A DNA stretch of 63,660 nt, filler included, from Octopus bimaculoides (lineage: Eukaryota): the NCBI RefSeq assembly GCF_001194135.2. It is 7 parts of 7 records of this genome, joined end to end, with 100 filler letters (N's around TTAATTAATTAA, not from the genome) between each part and the next. Parts side by side here need not be neighbours in the genome. Positions count along the whole stretch, not along the records: positions 45,214 to 63,660 come from NC_068981.1; 6 more parts are not named here. One strand, 5' to 3'. Position 1 is the stretch's first letter; every line of letters starts with the position of its first letter. The notes under the pieces were generated by a model, which was not told where the DNA came from, did no database searches, and saw only the letters and a list, made by a program, of their open reading frames with translations. Positions 52,556 to 63,660 of the stretch are shown in pieces. A program made the translations under genes and the position numbers.

Positions 52556-52922
52556 ACGAGGAGTGGCTGTGTGGTAAGTAGCTTGCTTACCAGCTACATG
52601 GTTCCGGGTTCAGTCCCACTACGTGGCACCTTGGGCACATGTCTTCTACTATAGCCTCGGGTTGACCAAAGTCTTGTGAGTGGATTTGGTAGAGGGAAAC
52701 TGAAAGAAGCCTGTTGAATATATGTGTGTGTGTCTGTGTTTCTCCCCCATTAGCACTTGACAACTGATGTTGGTGTGTGTACGCCCCCGTAACCTAGCGG
52801 CTCGGCAAGAGGTCCGATAGAATAAGTACTAGGCTTACAAAGAATAAGACCTAGGGTCGATTTCTTCGACTAAAGGTAGACCAGCATGGCCTCAGTCAGA
52901 TGACTGAAAGAGATAAAAGAAT
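52556..52922 (+). mobile_element. SINE family B copy
   Basis: Colinear with 46885-47320. Confidence 0.85.
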
Positions 52923-54248
52923 AATCGTCTAATTCGCTTTGACTGGACACAGAAATCTATGGAAACCGACTGTCTATTTTTATGTCAGCAGGGCAGCGTC
53001 TATGCACGCGAAATCAAATCGCAGATAAATAGATAAAATGAAATGAATATTTCGTGAATTGAACATATGTCACATATTCAGAATACACGCAGGATTTATA
53101 AAATTTATTTATTAGTGCCGTACAAAATCATAAAACACATACACATGCGTACACAGACACACGCGAACACACTTATATATAAAACATAATATTTTAGAAG
53201 AAAAAAAAAATTTTCTTCGTAAACATTAGTTTACTAAAATTTACTTTTATATGACTTTATAAAGATAGGCAGTCAGAAAATTACGACAATTGTTAATTAA
53301 AGAAGTAAAGAGGAAAAAAATTTCAAAAGTAACAACAATAATATTTCTGGTTTAAGTCCATTTGCAAGATGTACTGCTAATTCCCTCTAAAGCAGTCTTG
53401 GCTGGCGGTCTTGGAATCTAATTTATAAGCCATTTATTCAATTAGTGATTCACCAGCTTTTACAAGACAGGAAATCTAATATATTCTATTAATAACTCAT
53501 ATTAAGCCAAAAGAAATGGCTCGGAGTTAAATACATTGTAAAAAAAAAAATTAAATAAAAATTAAAAGCAACATCCCTTTCTTAAAATCTTCTCATTCCC
53601 TCTCAGTCTCTCTGAATATTTATGTAAGTATAATAGTGTATGAATATTATATATATATATATATATATATNNNNNNNNNNNNNNNNNNNNNNNNNNNNNN
53701 NNNNNNNNNNNNNNNNNNNNNNNNNNNNNNNNNNNNNNNNNNNNNNNNNNNNNNNNNNNNNNNNNNNNNNNNNNNNNNNNNNNNNNNNNNNNNNNNNNNN
53801 NNNNNNNNNNNNNNNNNNNNNNNNNNNNNNNNNNNNNNNNNNNNNNNNNNNNNNNNNNNNNNNNNNNNNNNNNNNNNNNNNNNNNNNNNNNNNNNNNNNN
53901 NNNNNNNNNNNNNNNNNNNNNNNNNNNNNNNNNNNNNNNNNNNNNNNNNNNNNNNNNNNNNNNNNNNNNNNNNNNNNNNNNNNNNNNNNNNNNNNNNNNN
54001 NNNNNNNNNNNNNNNNNNNNNNNNNNNNNNNNNNNNNNNNNNNNNNNNNNNNNNNNNNNNNNNNNNNNNNNNNNNNNNNNNNNNNNNNNNNNNNNNNNNN
54101 NNNNNNNNNNNNNNNNNNNNNNNNNNNNNNNNNNNNNNNNNNNNNNNNNNNNNNNNNNNNNNNNNNNNNNNNNNNNNNNNNNNNNNNNNNNNNNNNNNNN
54201 NNNNNNNNNNNNNNCTCTTCCGATCTATATATATATACATATATATAC

Positions 54249-54281
<33 letters not shown>

Positions 54282-56409
54282 ACTGAATATACGTACATAA
54301 TCTAAGCACATATATTTCGAAAAAGAGGGTAAAAGAGAGAGACAGACTCAGTGAGTGACAGATCTCTGCAGTCATCTTTCTAACTATATCTGCATCTACA
54401 TATGTATGTATTTTTGTTCTTGTGTGTGTCTGTGTCTATGTATATCTAACAATTTAGCGGCATTCAAGTAACAGGAATAATAATAAAAATTGAAAGAAAA
54501 AAAATAATGAAAACAAAAATAATATTTAAAAAATCGTTGTAATTTTCAGAAGATTGAAGTTGCTCCTTGAACGAAAAATCGCAGCACAGAAAATTACTTT
54601 CTGAAGTAGTTCTCTGACATTTTGCTTCAATAAATTCTTATTCTCAATCAGATTTCTTGCAAGGAATGGAGCCTTTTCAATCGGTAAAGACTCCGAACGT
54701 TAGCCGAAGTGTCTGGTTTTCTCATTACGACATCGACACTACATTGTTTTCGCGGCGAAAACAAATTTTCTCAAATAGTTGAGTCCGCTGAGTAGTAAAA
54801 TGGTGCATAAAAGTATAATTGTAGAATACGCTACCATGAAGTAGGAAAGCACAATATGATTTGTTTTCATATTTGTTCAAAGACATGAATTTACATGAGT
54901 GAGTGTAGAAAATTGTACCTTGATTTCTAACGCAGAACCAATAAATACTGCAAGGAACCATATACATTATCTAACCACGTCTGCAGCTGCATTCCAGCTG
55001 TAGTGAGACATGCAACACTGAATAACAGAATAACATTTGGTTTTCTCTGCCGAGTAACAATGTTAACGACAGGCTAACATGAACTAAATACGCTACAACT
55101 TCATAGAGTCTCTAGGCTGTACACTACATACCTGATAGATTACAGAACTGGAATTAAAACAAGAACTATTTTCTTAATAAAGGCAAAATTAATGCGATGC
55201 CTTGCTAGTTGGATTGATAGAGTTTCTCCCTAATTGCTGCAAGATTAGGGATTCGCATTTGGTTACCTCCAGAACGCTGTATATAATTCCTGAAGTAACG
55301 ACCTGATAATCGTTAGTTCTGGCTGGAGAAAGTTATTCGTATCTGAGTAGCTTCCTATGAGCAATCTGATTTGATTCCTATCCATTTAGGAAAAACTTGT
55401 ATTGCTTTTTCTAGTTCCCAGTTAAATGCTTTGTGGCTTACATGGCCTAACATGGAACGAAATCACAAATTTTATGTTGTGTTGCCATGACAGGTAGACT
55501 CTACTTACGTGCATTGTGAGTCCTACTTACAACTATGTGAATTCAGCGGTCTGTCCTGATTCAGAATTAAGTCGCTAGGCCACAAACAAATTGCTACGCC
55601 TCACCTCAAGCATTTACCATTAATTTAAAGAAAAAGAGAGAGCAGGCAAAATATATTGGTTCGTGGGGCGGAATAGGAATTTTCGCTAATTTATGTTATT
55701 AAAATTTACGATAAATTGTTGCTGGTTGCGTAACTGGGCGATATCAAAATACTAGCTCAATTGTGAAATAGTAGTTAGTCAATTTTAGATCAAGGCTGAA
55801 TATTGCATTAAAATTTAAAAGATAATATATTAACGAAATAAATTTGCTGAGACAAAAAAAAAACAAAAAAACAAAAAACAAAAAACAAAAAGGGAAAAAA
55901 CAAAAAACAAAAAAAGTTACCGAATTCTATCCGATTATTCTATATCATCTAGTTTTACAATTGTAGATTTTTAAATGTATTTTACGAGATTGATTAAATT
56001 AAATGAAATATTTAATTTCCAAATTATTTTGAAATATTGTTGAATTATGGCAAGAAGCAGATGTTCAGTAAAGTTTACATATTTCTACTTGTTATGTTTA
56101 CATATTTCTACTTGTTATGTTTACAATTATATTAATCCAATTTGAATATGTGTTTTAAAAGACAACAATGAATAATTATAAACTGCAGTGGAGGCATTCA
56201 CAGAGAGAGGCTTATAGACGAGCACAAAAAACACATAAACAAAACACACATACACACGCACACATTCCCATGCTCGCACATACACACATACATACATACA
56301 TGTTTACACACACACACACACTTACTTGTTTGCATACACACGCATGCACATATACGAACAGAAAAACACACGAATACGCACACACAATAAATCCTAGAAG
56401 AAATCTGGT

Positions 56410-57350
56410 GCAATAGAAAGAACCCACCACGTTTGAGAAGCAAGTAAGTAACACCATCAAGACCAAGAGAGACATAGTTGCACTCATTCTTGAGGTGGCG
56501 TCGCAGCATTGCGAGTGTGAATTTCACAGATGTCATGGAATCTGATGTCAGAGTTGGTGAAGAAGGTACATTGGGATTTTCAGAAGTAAAAAATGCCAGC
56601 ATAGTCTTCAGCATTAAGCTCAGCACATTATCCGGGGTCATCAGTGATCCGACCTGTGTGGGGATTGTGAAGAGGGCCAACTGGAGAGTAAGGTCTCTGT
56701 TTCGAATGCACATATTTCCAGAACACTTTGCTGTCAAGGCTAGTTGCTATACGTCGTTCAGACTCAAGCACTGCCTTTTTTGTCACTTGCTTGAGATGAC
56801 TGGATGATCTGTTGCGTCTTCTTCTGTTCTCATCTATTCTATGCTGTCTATATTTCTGTTCAACATCACGACGATCTTTCCTTCAAGTCGAACTGCTGCA
56901 GTCTCCGAAATTGCACTGTTTTTTTTTTTTCTAGATCGTACGCGCGGTACTGATGCTTCACATGCAGCCCAGATTGCATTGAGGATATTTTTAAAAACTG
57001 TATTGACGTCGCCTGAACTGTAAAATTCAAACCAGTTTGGGTGTTGTAACTCCTTACGGTAACACTTCCAGTCTGCTTTGTTCGAGTCAACGCAAGTGGT
57101 TTGAAGGTGGTGGTGCTTCTTGTTTCTGCCTATAAGAGACAGATTGGCAACGATCATAGCATGATCTGAGTAGCCTAGAAATTTCTTCGTCGTAACACTG
57201 ATAACAGTTTCAGGAGTGGTGGTAAAGAACAGGTCCAAAGTGTTAGCATCTGTTGTGAGAAAGGTGACTACTTGGGACCAGTTTGCACTCAGCACTACAT
57301 TAAGGAAATCGTCAGCACTTTGTGTTGTTAGCGAGTTGGAAAAGATGTTT
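56410..57350 (-). mobile_element. CR1/L2-like LINE ORF2 fragment (APE endonuclease end plus linker to RT start)
   Basis: ORF 56834-57295 contains NTLDLFFT...LGYSDHAMI and DSNKADW (endonuclease LDL/SDH motifs and the KAD linker). Downstream FFTSE...SVKFT...SLGLDGVTYLLLK corresponds to a degenerate SPGPDG..LLK motif. Confidence 0.8.
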
Positions 57351-57435
57351 TCCTGAGGCTAAAACAACGGTAACACCGTCCTTTACATGTTTGCTGCGTT
57401 ATTTTGGCATATACATACATATATATATTACTACA

Positions 57436-57495
<60 letters not shown>

Positions 57496-57849
57496 CACAC
57501 ACACACATCAAAACAAAGCGGCTTAGATAGTATTTAGTCATGAACAAACCGTTCTGTTTTGTTATTTAGATGTACTCTCTGACCTATCCACCAATTGAAT
57601 CCAATGAAATAAAACTTGGTTGATGATACGTTTCCTACTTACAGTTCTCCTTATACATGGAGTATAGACGGTCATTTATCATGCAATTCATATACACATC
57701 ACGTAATATGATTATAAGCATGTGACTTTTCTATAGACTCCGGGGTGACCAATATCTTCTGAATTTGCCAGACTCAAACTAAAAATCGTGTGGAAGCTTG
57801 TCATATATATATATATATATATACATACGCACACACATACATGCATATA

Positions 57850-58046
57850 TTCTTTTACTCGTTTCTGTCATTTGACTGCGGCTATCTTGGGGCATCGCTT
57901 TTAGCCGAACAATTTGAACCCAGGACTTATCCTTTGCAAGCCTAGCACTTATTCTATCGGTGTATTTCGCCGAACCGTTAAGTTACGGAGACGTAAGCAC
58001 ACTAGCATCGGTTGTCAAGCGATGTTGGGGGAACAAACAGACACAA

Positions 58047-58050
<4 letters not shown>
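57850..58050 (-). mobile_element. SINE family B 3' half
   Basis: ttttactcgtttctgtcatttgactgcggc...cgaaccgttaagttacggagacgtaagcacac. Confidence 0.75.
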
Positions 58051-58097
<47 letters not shown>

Positions 58098-58950
58098 NNN
58101 NNNNNNNNNNNNNNNNNNNNNNNNNNNNNNNNNNNNNNNNNNNNNNNNNNNNNNNNNNNNNNNNNNNNNNNNNNNNNNNNNNNNNNNNNNNNNNNNNNNN
58201 NNNNNNNNNNNNNNNNNNNNNNNNNNNNNNNNNNNNNNNNNNNNNNNNNNNNNNNNNNNNNNNNNNNNNNNNNNNNNNNNNNNNNNNNNNNNNNNNNNNN
58301 NNNNNNNNNNNNNNNNNNNNNNNNNNNNNNNNNNNNNNNNNNNNNNNNNNNNNNNNNNNNNNNNNNNNNNNNNNNNNNNNNNNNNNNNNNNNNNNNNNNN
58401 NNNNNNNNNNNNNNNNNNNNNNNNNNNNNNNNNNNNNNNNNNNNNNNNNNNNNNNNNNNNNNNNNNNNNNNNNNNNNNNNNNNNNNNNNNNNNNNNNNNN
58501 NNNNNNNNNNNNNNNNNNNNNNNNNNNNNNNNNNNNNNNNNNNNNNNNNNNNNNNNNNNNNNNNNNNNNNNNNNNNNNNNNNNNNNNNNNNNNNNNNNNN
58601 NNNNNNNNNNNNNNNNNNNNNNNNNNNNNNNNNNNNNNNNNNNNNNNNNNNNNNNNNNNNNNNNNNNNNNNNNNNNNNNNNNNNNNNNNNNNNNNNNNNN
58701 NNNNNNNNNNNNNNNNNNNNNNNNNNNNNNNNNNNNNNNNNNNNNNNNNNNNNNNNNNNNNNNNNNNNNNNNNNNNNNNNNNNNNNNNNNNNNNNNNNNN
58801 NNNNNNNNNNNNNNNNNNNNNNNNNNNNNNNNNNNNNNNNNNNNNNNNNNNNNNNNNNNNNNNNNNNNNNNNNNNNNNNNNNNNNNNNNNNNNNNNNNNN
58901 NNNNNNNNNNNNNNNNNNNNNNNNNNNNNNNNNNNNNNNNNNNNNNNNNN

Positions 58951-58991
<41 letters not shown>

Positions 58992-59758
58992 CATATACAA
59001 TAAGATATTATAACGATAATTTGATATTATGAGATATTAAATACTTTATGATACAAATGGCTAAAGCAATTAAAAACCAAAGAGTTAGAATAAATAAATA
59101 AGGGTGCAAAATAGCACCTTTAATTGCTAGAAATAAGAGCTAAAAATATAACTCGAATAGCCACACAAAATCATTAAACTCATGTGATGCTTGAAGGAAA
59201 TGCGAGCTGCAAGCTACAACATCCTACTCCAGTGAGATAAACTCACGGAATGAAATAATTCGATAAGTCTCTATCATATGATTTCGAAATTTAACCAATC
59301 AGATTTCGTTTATATATACATATATCCACACACACACATATGTGTGTGTTTGTGTGTGCGTGTAAGTGCTTATACGGGTCTCTGCGTACGTGTGTACAAA
59401 CAAATTCCATCCGAAGGGCCGGAAACTATTATTCACTTCTGCAGTTCGGATTCTTTTTCGTTACTATAACGATTTCAACACACCATATTGAAGTCCAGGC
59501 ATTATTCTCTAGCGACCTTGAGGCAATTATGAAGAGTTAGCAGTCTCCCCTGCGCTAATTTGCCGATGTAGGAAATAACTGTATAGTCACCCCAAGTGAT
59601 CATGGATTTCACTTTATTCTAGCTCACATTCTCTCCTATACATATATACATAAATTCTTAAACCCATACTAACATACAGAGGTATGCACTGTTCCACAGA
59701 CAAACGCACACACACACATTTCTCTCCCTCTGAATCTCTCTCTCTCTCTCTCTCTCTT

Positions 59759-59823
<65 letters not shown>

Positions 59824-61354
59824 ATATATATATATATACATATGAGACAGTCGTGTCTATTTGCATGTGTGCATACTTTTTTACGCGTATACGTGTGTGT
59901 GTATGTGTCTGTGTGTATACTAAAGTGAATATGGATATGATTAAATTTTAAACGACACAAACAAAAGTCGAGAAAACAGTGGAATGCTTTGCCCCTATCA
60001 TTGTTATTTATTAAGCGCTGGCAGTGAGTGGAGAGATGAGGAAGAAATGCAGTGTTTCCTATGAATAGAACCGAATTGAGCAATGTCAATATGTCAGTAT
60101 TCGGATTGAATAGTGTAATTAATATTATGGTCGCCCTAGCCCCCATATATGCAGACTCGACACACATCTATAATTAAATATCAACTCACATGTCTTAACA
60201 TAGATCATCCAGTGAGTATAATTCTCGCACATGAACGTAGATTGTTGTCTTTTACTCTACAAATGTTTTAATATTGCTAGTGTGAAAATTCTTCTTTCTT
60301 GGTCTTCATTAATTATTGTAAACCAGAAGAAAAACAAGAAATATTTTATATATTAAAGAAAGAAAAAGAGGAAAATGATAAGCTTGTCCAGAGGTTAAAA
60401 AGAATAATGAAGTACTTCCGAATAAGTAGCTTATATTCCCAAGAGTAACGTTAAGACAATTATTTCCGATTATTCAAAGAAATGCTTCTGAACATAACAT
60501 TGAAATCGCGACATTCTTCACCTGTTTTAATATTCGTCAGTAAGTACAATATTTCTTATCAGAAAGAATGTTTTGTAATTTTTCTGACAAAATATAATTG
60601 ATTAATCAAATATTTATGTTGGTTATTATCTTATTTTTCTAATTCATTTCTAATGCTTTCCTGATATGATTACATTTCAAACAGTTGCTTTGATTTAGAA
60701 CAAAGCCAAATTAACATATTAAAATTTCAATACTCACTGGCTTTTATCATTGTGAGTCTTCATTCCTAAGAGTAAATAATATTTAAAACAGAATGAAGCG
60801 ACTTCTAGAGTTAGACGAGAAGTTACAACAAACCGAGGGAGCAGAACGGTTTCTATCCCACTTCAATCGAAAAATCTTTATATATTTCAGTTCGTTGAAA
60901 TTCTTGGGCAAAATATGAATGTCAAAATATAATATATTCTATTCAAAATCACGCAAAAAGTTTTAACTTAACTTAAACATTTATTGATTTGGCATCTTAA
61001 TAAATATTTGGGTGAAGTTAAAAGTATTTGTATGTTTTTGAAAAGCTAATATGTGTCTCCCACAATTTAATTGTTTACGTTTCAACACGCGGTCGTAGAT
61101 CAAATCACTTACCAGGCAATTATAACTCCCAGATATATTTCCCTTTTTTTCCCCCCGAAATATTGATCTTTCGTGTTTAGTAAATTAAAACATTATCACT
61201 AACAAATGGTGTATTCGATCACTTGGTCCAGTATGGTACCATATACATGTGAATATATGTATTTCTGTCAATTTGAAAAGAATATACGTACATTCTTTGT
61301 ATGTCACATGTAGACCACAGAAGCTTTTCAGTTTTAGAGGAGATAAAATACTAT

Positions 61355-61665
61355 CACTCCGTCGGTTACGACGACGAGTGTTCCAATTGATGCGATCAAC
61401 GGAACAACCTGCTCGTGAAATTTACGTGCAAGTGGATGAGTACTCCACAGACAGGCGTACCCTTAACGTAGTTCTCAGGAAGATTCATCGTGACAAAAAA
61501 TATGACAAGGCTGGCTTTTTGAAATACAGGTACTACTCATTTCTGCCAGCTGAGTGGACTGGAGTAACGGGAAATAAAGTGTTTTGCTCAAGGACACAAC
61601 GTACCGCCGGGAATCGAACTGACAGCCTTATGGACGTGAGCTGAATACCCTAACGATTAGGCAAC
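61355..61665 (-). mobile_element. SINE family C-related copy
   Basis: cactccgtcggttacgacgacgag...gggaatcgaact...ccctaacga; reverse complement of the family C body and a tRNA-like head. Confidence 0.75.
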
Positions 61666-62009
61666 TCGCTTACACTGGAGTAAAAATAGCATGTTGTAAA
61701 TTTCATGCATTTCCAAAGGCCATTTCATTGACGTTAATGGCTAAAATGAAAAAAAAAAAAAAAAAAGAAAACTAAATAATAACTTTGGTTTGCAGTAAGG
61801 AATAATTCATAGATGTAATGGTTAAGATCAAACCGACTCACCTCTCAGTGTAGACTCACACCATCAGTTGTTAGCCCAAGGATGGTTTAAAACAACGTTA
61901 TTCTAACATTTAAATGTATATATTTTTCTAAAAATAGCTGATCATCGAATACAGTTGATAAATATGTGATTATTATTAGTTTTATAAGGACATGTCAAAT
62001 TCCATTCCC

Positions 62010-62042
<33 letters not shown>

Positions 62043-62053
62043 CGTACGTATGT

Positions 62054-62430
62054 GCAATGGCCCAGTGGTTAGGGCAGCGGACTCGCGGTCATAGGATCGC
62101 GGTTTCGATTCCCAGACCGGGCGTTGTGAGTTTTTATTGAGCGAAAACGCCTAAAGCTCCACGAAGCTCCGGCAGGGGATGGTGGCGGACCCTGCTGTAC
62201 TCTTTCACCACAACTTTCTCTCACTCTTACTTCCTGTTTCTGTTGTGCCTGTAATTCAAAGGGTCAGCCTTGTTACACTCTGTGTCACGTTAAATCTCCC
62301 CGAGAACTACGTTAAGGGTACACGTGTCTGTGGAGTGCTCAGCCACTTGCACGTTAATTTCACGAGCAGGCTGTTCCGTTGATCGGATCAACTGGAACCC
62401 TCGACGTCGTAAGCGACGGAGTGCCAACAA
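62054..62430 (+). mobile_element. tRNA-derived SINE family C, near full length, inserted in a (TATG)n tract
   Basis: A-box TGGCCCAGTGG at 62058, B-box-like GGTTTCGATTCC at 62101, 3' aagcgacggagtgccaac; (TATG)n on both sides. Confidence 0.88.
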
Positions 62431-63628
62431 CGTATGTATGTATGTATGTATATATGTATGTACGTATGTACGTATGTATGTATGTATGTGTGTTGCATGA
62501 GGTTGCTAGGCTGCCTTTTTTGTGCAGTCCGGAACTGCGAAATGGTGTGCTTTTTGAGGACGTCGAATATGAGCAATTCCATGAGTCCGTCTGTCCGAGG
62601 TCTATCAAACTCATTTTCTTTTTCGACCTTGTAGGAAACGTCGTGATACAGTAGTGAATTCTGAGGGTTCATTATCCTTCTGATACTGAGATTTGAAGTT
62701 GTGATGAATTATTTTCTGAAATACAGGAGCTCCAGGAGAAATCATTTAGAGATGAGTGGGTGAAAGTTTCCAATGTACGAATGTACAGGATGGTTTGTTT
62801 TCGATGCAGGCAAGTCCTTTAATCACGGTGAAACTGCAAAACCATAGCACTAGTTATGTAGTACTACTAATTGTGATGCTAATGTGATGACTGCACTTGC
62901 TAACTATTCCTTGAATGATTAATCGGCCTGCATTTGGAGTTGAATAATGTAAGATTTATACAGAGCGAGGTGATCCGCTGTTTTCTATTTTTGTTAGCAA
63001 GTCCTGTGATCGTATAACTGCAGCGAGTTGTCGGGAATTTAGAAAAAAGAAAATTTTCTATGAATATTTTTATGTTCTTCTTTTCCTTTTTTGTTGAATG
63101 AATTATTTCTTCTGTTTTTCCAATTAAGTATCTATTATAAATGTGAATCGTATGCTATTTATCTCGAAATTATAAATTTTACTTATTTTTATTCATTTTA
63201 AAACATAATTATATTTATATTATTATTTTTCTAAATGATATCTTGAAGTAATTTTGAAACTATTTTCAATACAAGTCAACGGGTCAATTATCAAGAGAAT
63301 TAACTTCTTTATTTGATTCACAAGTCTTCTTCGTCGCTTTCTCATCAGGGTAACTTTGTGGGGCTTCATCGATCCAATTCGAATTTAAAATGTCAAACAA
63401 TATTTAAATTGCTTTCTTTTGTTTCTGTTGTTATTCGATTCAATGAACACGTATATTAGATAAAAAAGAAAAATTTCAATCTATCGAATTATCGTAGATA
63501 AATGTCACAGAAACAAAAGGCGTAAGAAAAAATTAGACAACAAAGCTTATCGAATGAAAATATATACACAAACCAGCAAGTGAAACAACTACCTTTTGAG
63601 AAAGCATATAGACACAGTTATATAAGAA

Positions 63629-63660
<32 letters not shown>

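Noticed and set aside
56073-56125. 23-bp exact tandem duplication
   Set aside because: A simple slippage duplication with no further structure.
1297-59032. Long ORFs (200-400 aa) in the track, filled with X or with YI/HT/CV/IYLS/poly-I/poly-R runs
   Set aside because: They are translations of N gaps and microsatellites, not genes.
62054-62120. tRNA-like sequences with A/B boxes (also 23790-23842 and about 46885-46950)
   Set aside because: They continue directly into SINE bodies, so they are SINE heads rather than tRNA genes.

Overview
AT-rich, microsatellite-dense eukaryotic DNA from a draft animal assembly. The tRNA-derived SINE families and RTE LINEs look cephalopod (Octopus-like); this is an inference from repeat content. 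Six 100-nt spacers (N44-TTAATTAATTAA-N44) cut the window into seven segments, and there are many further sized N gaps. Only three host coding exons are recognisable. Two belong to choline dehydrogenase (CHDH) on the + strand, with the C-terminal exon (8102-8424) lying upstream of the N-terminal exon (19334-19715). The third is the orthologue of POLE exon 2 on the - strand (23335-23461). The rest is decayed Tigger/pogo and maT (DD37D) transposases, RTE and CR1-like LINE fragments, many SINEs, MITE-like inverted repeats, a probable solo LTR, mini- and microsatellites, and a minimal hammerhead-ribozyme motif. Most ORFs in the supplied track are microsatellite or N-gap artefacts. I find no convincing new multi-gene system. 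The best leads are the tail-to-head CHDH arrangement, the hammerhead motif and several long hairpins.
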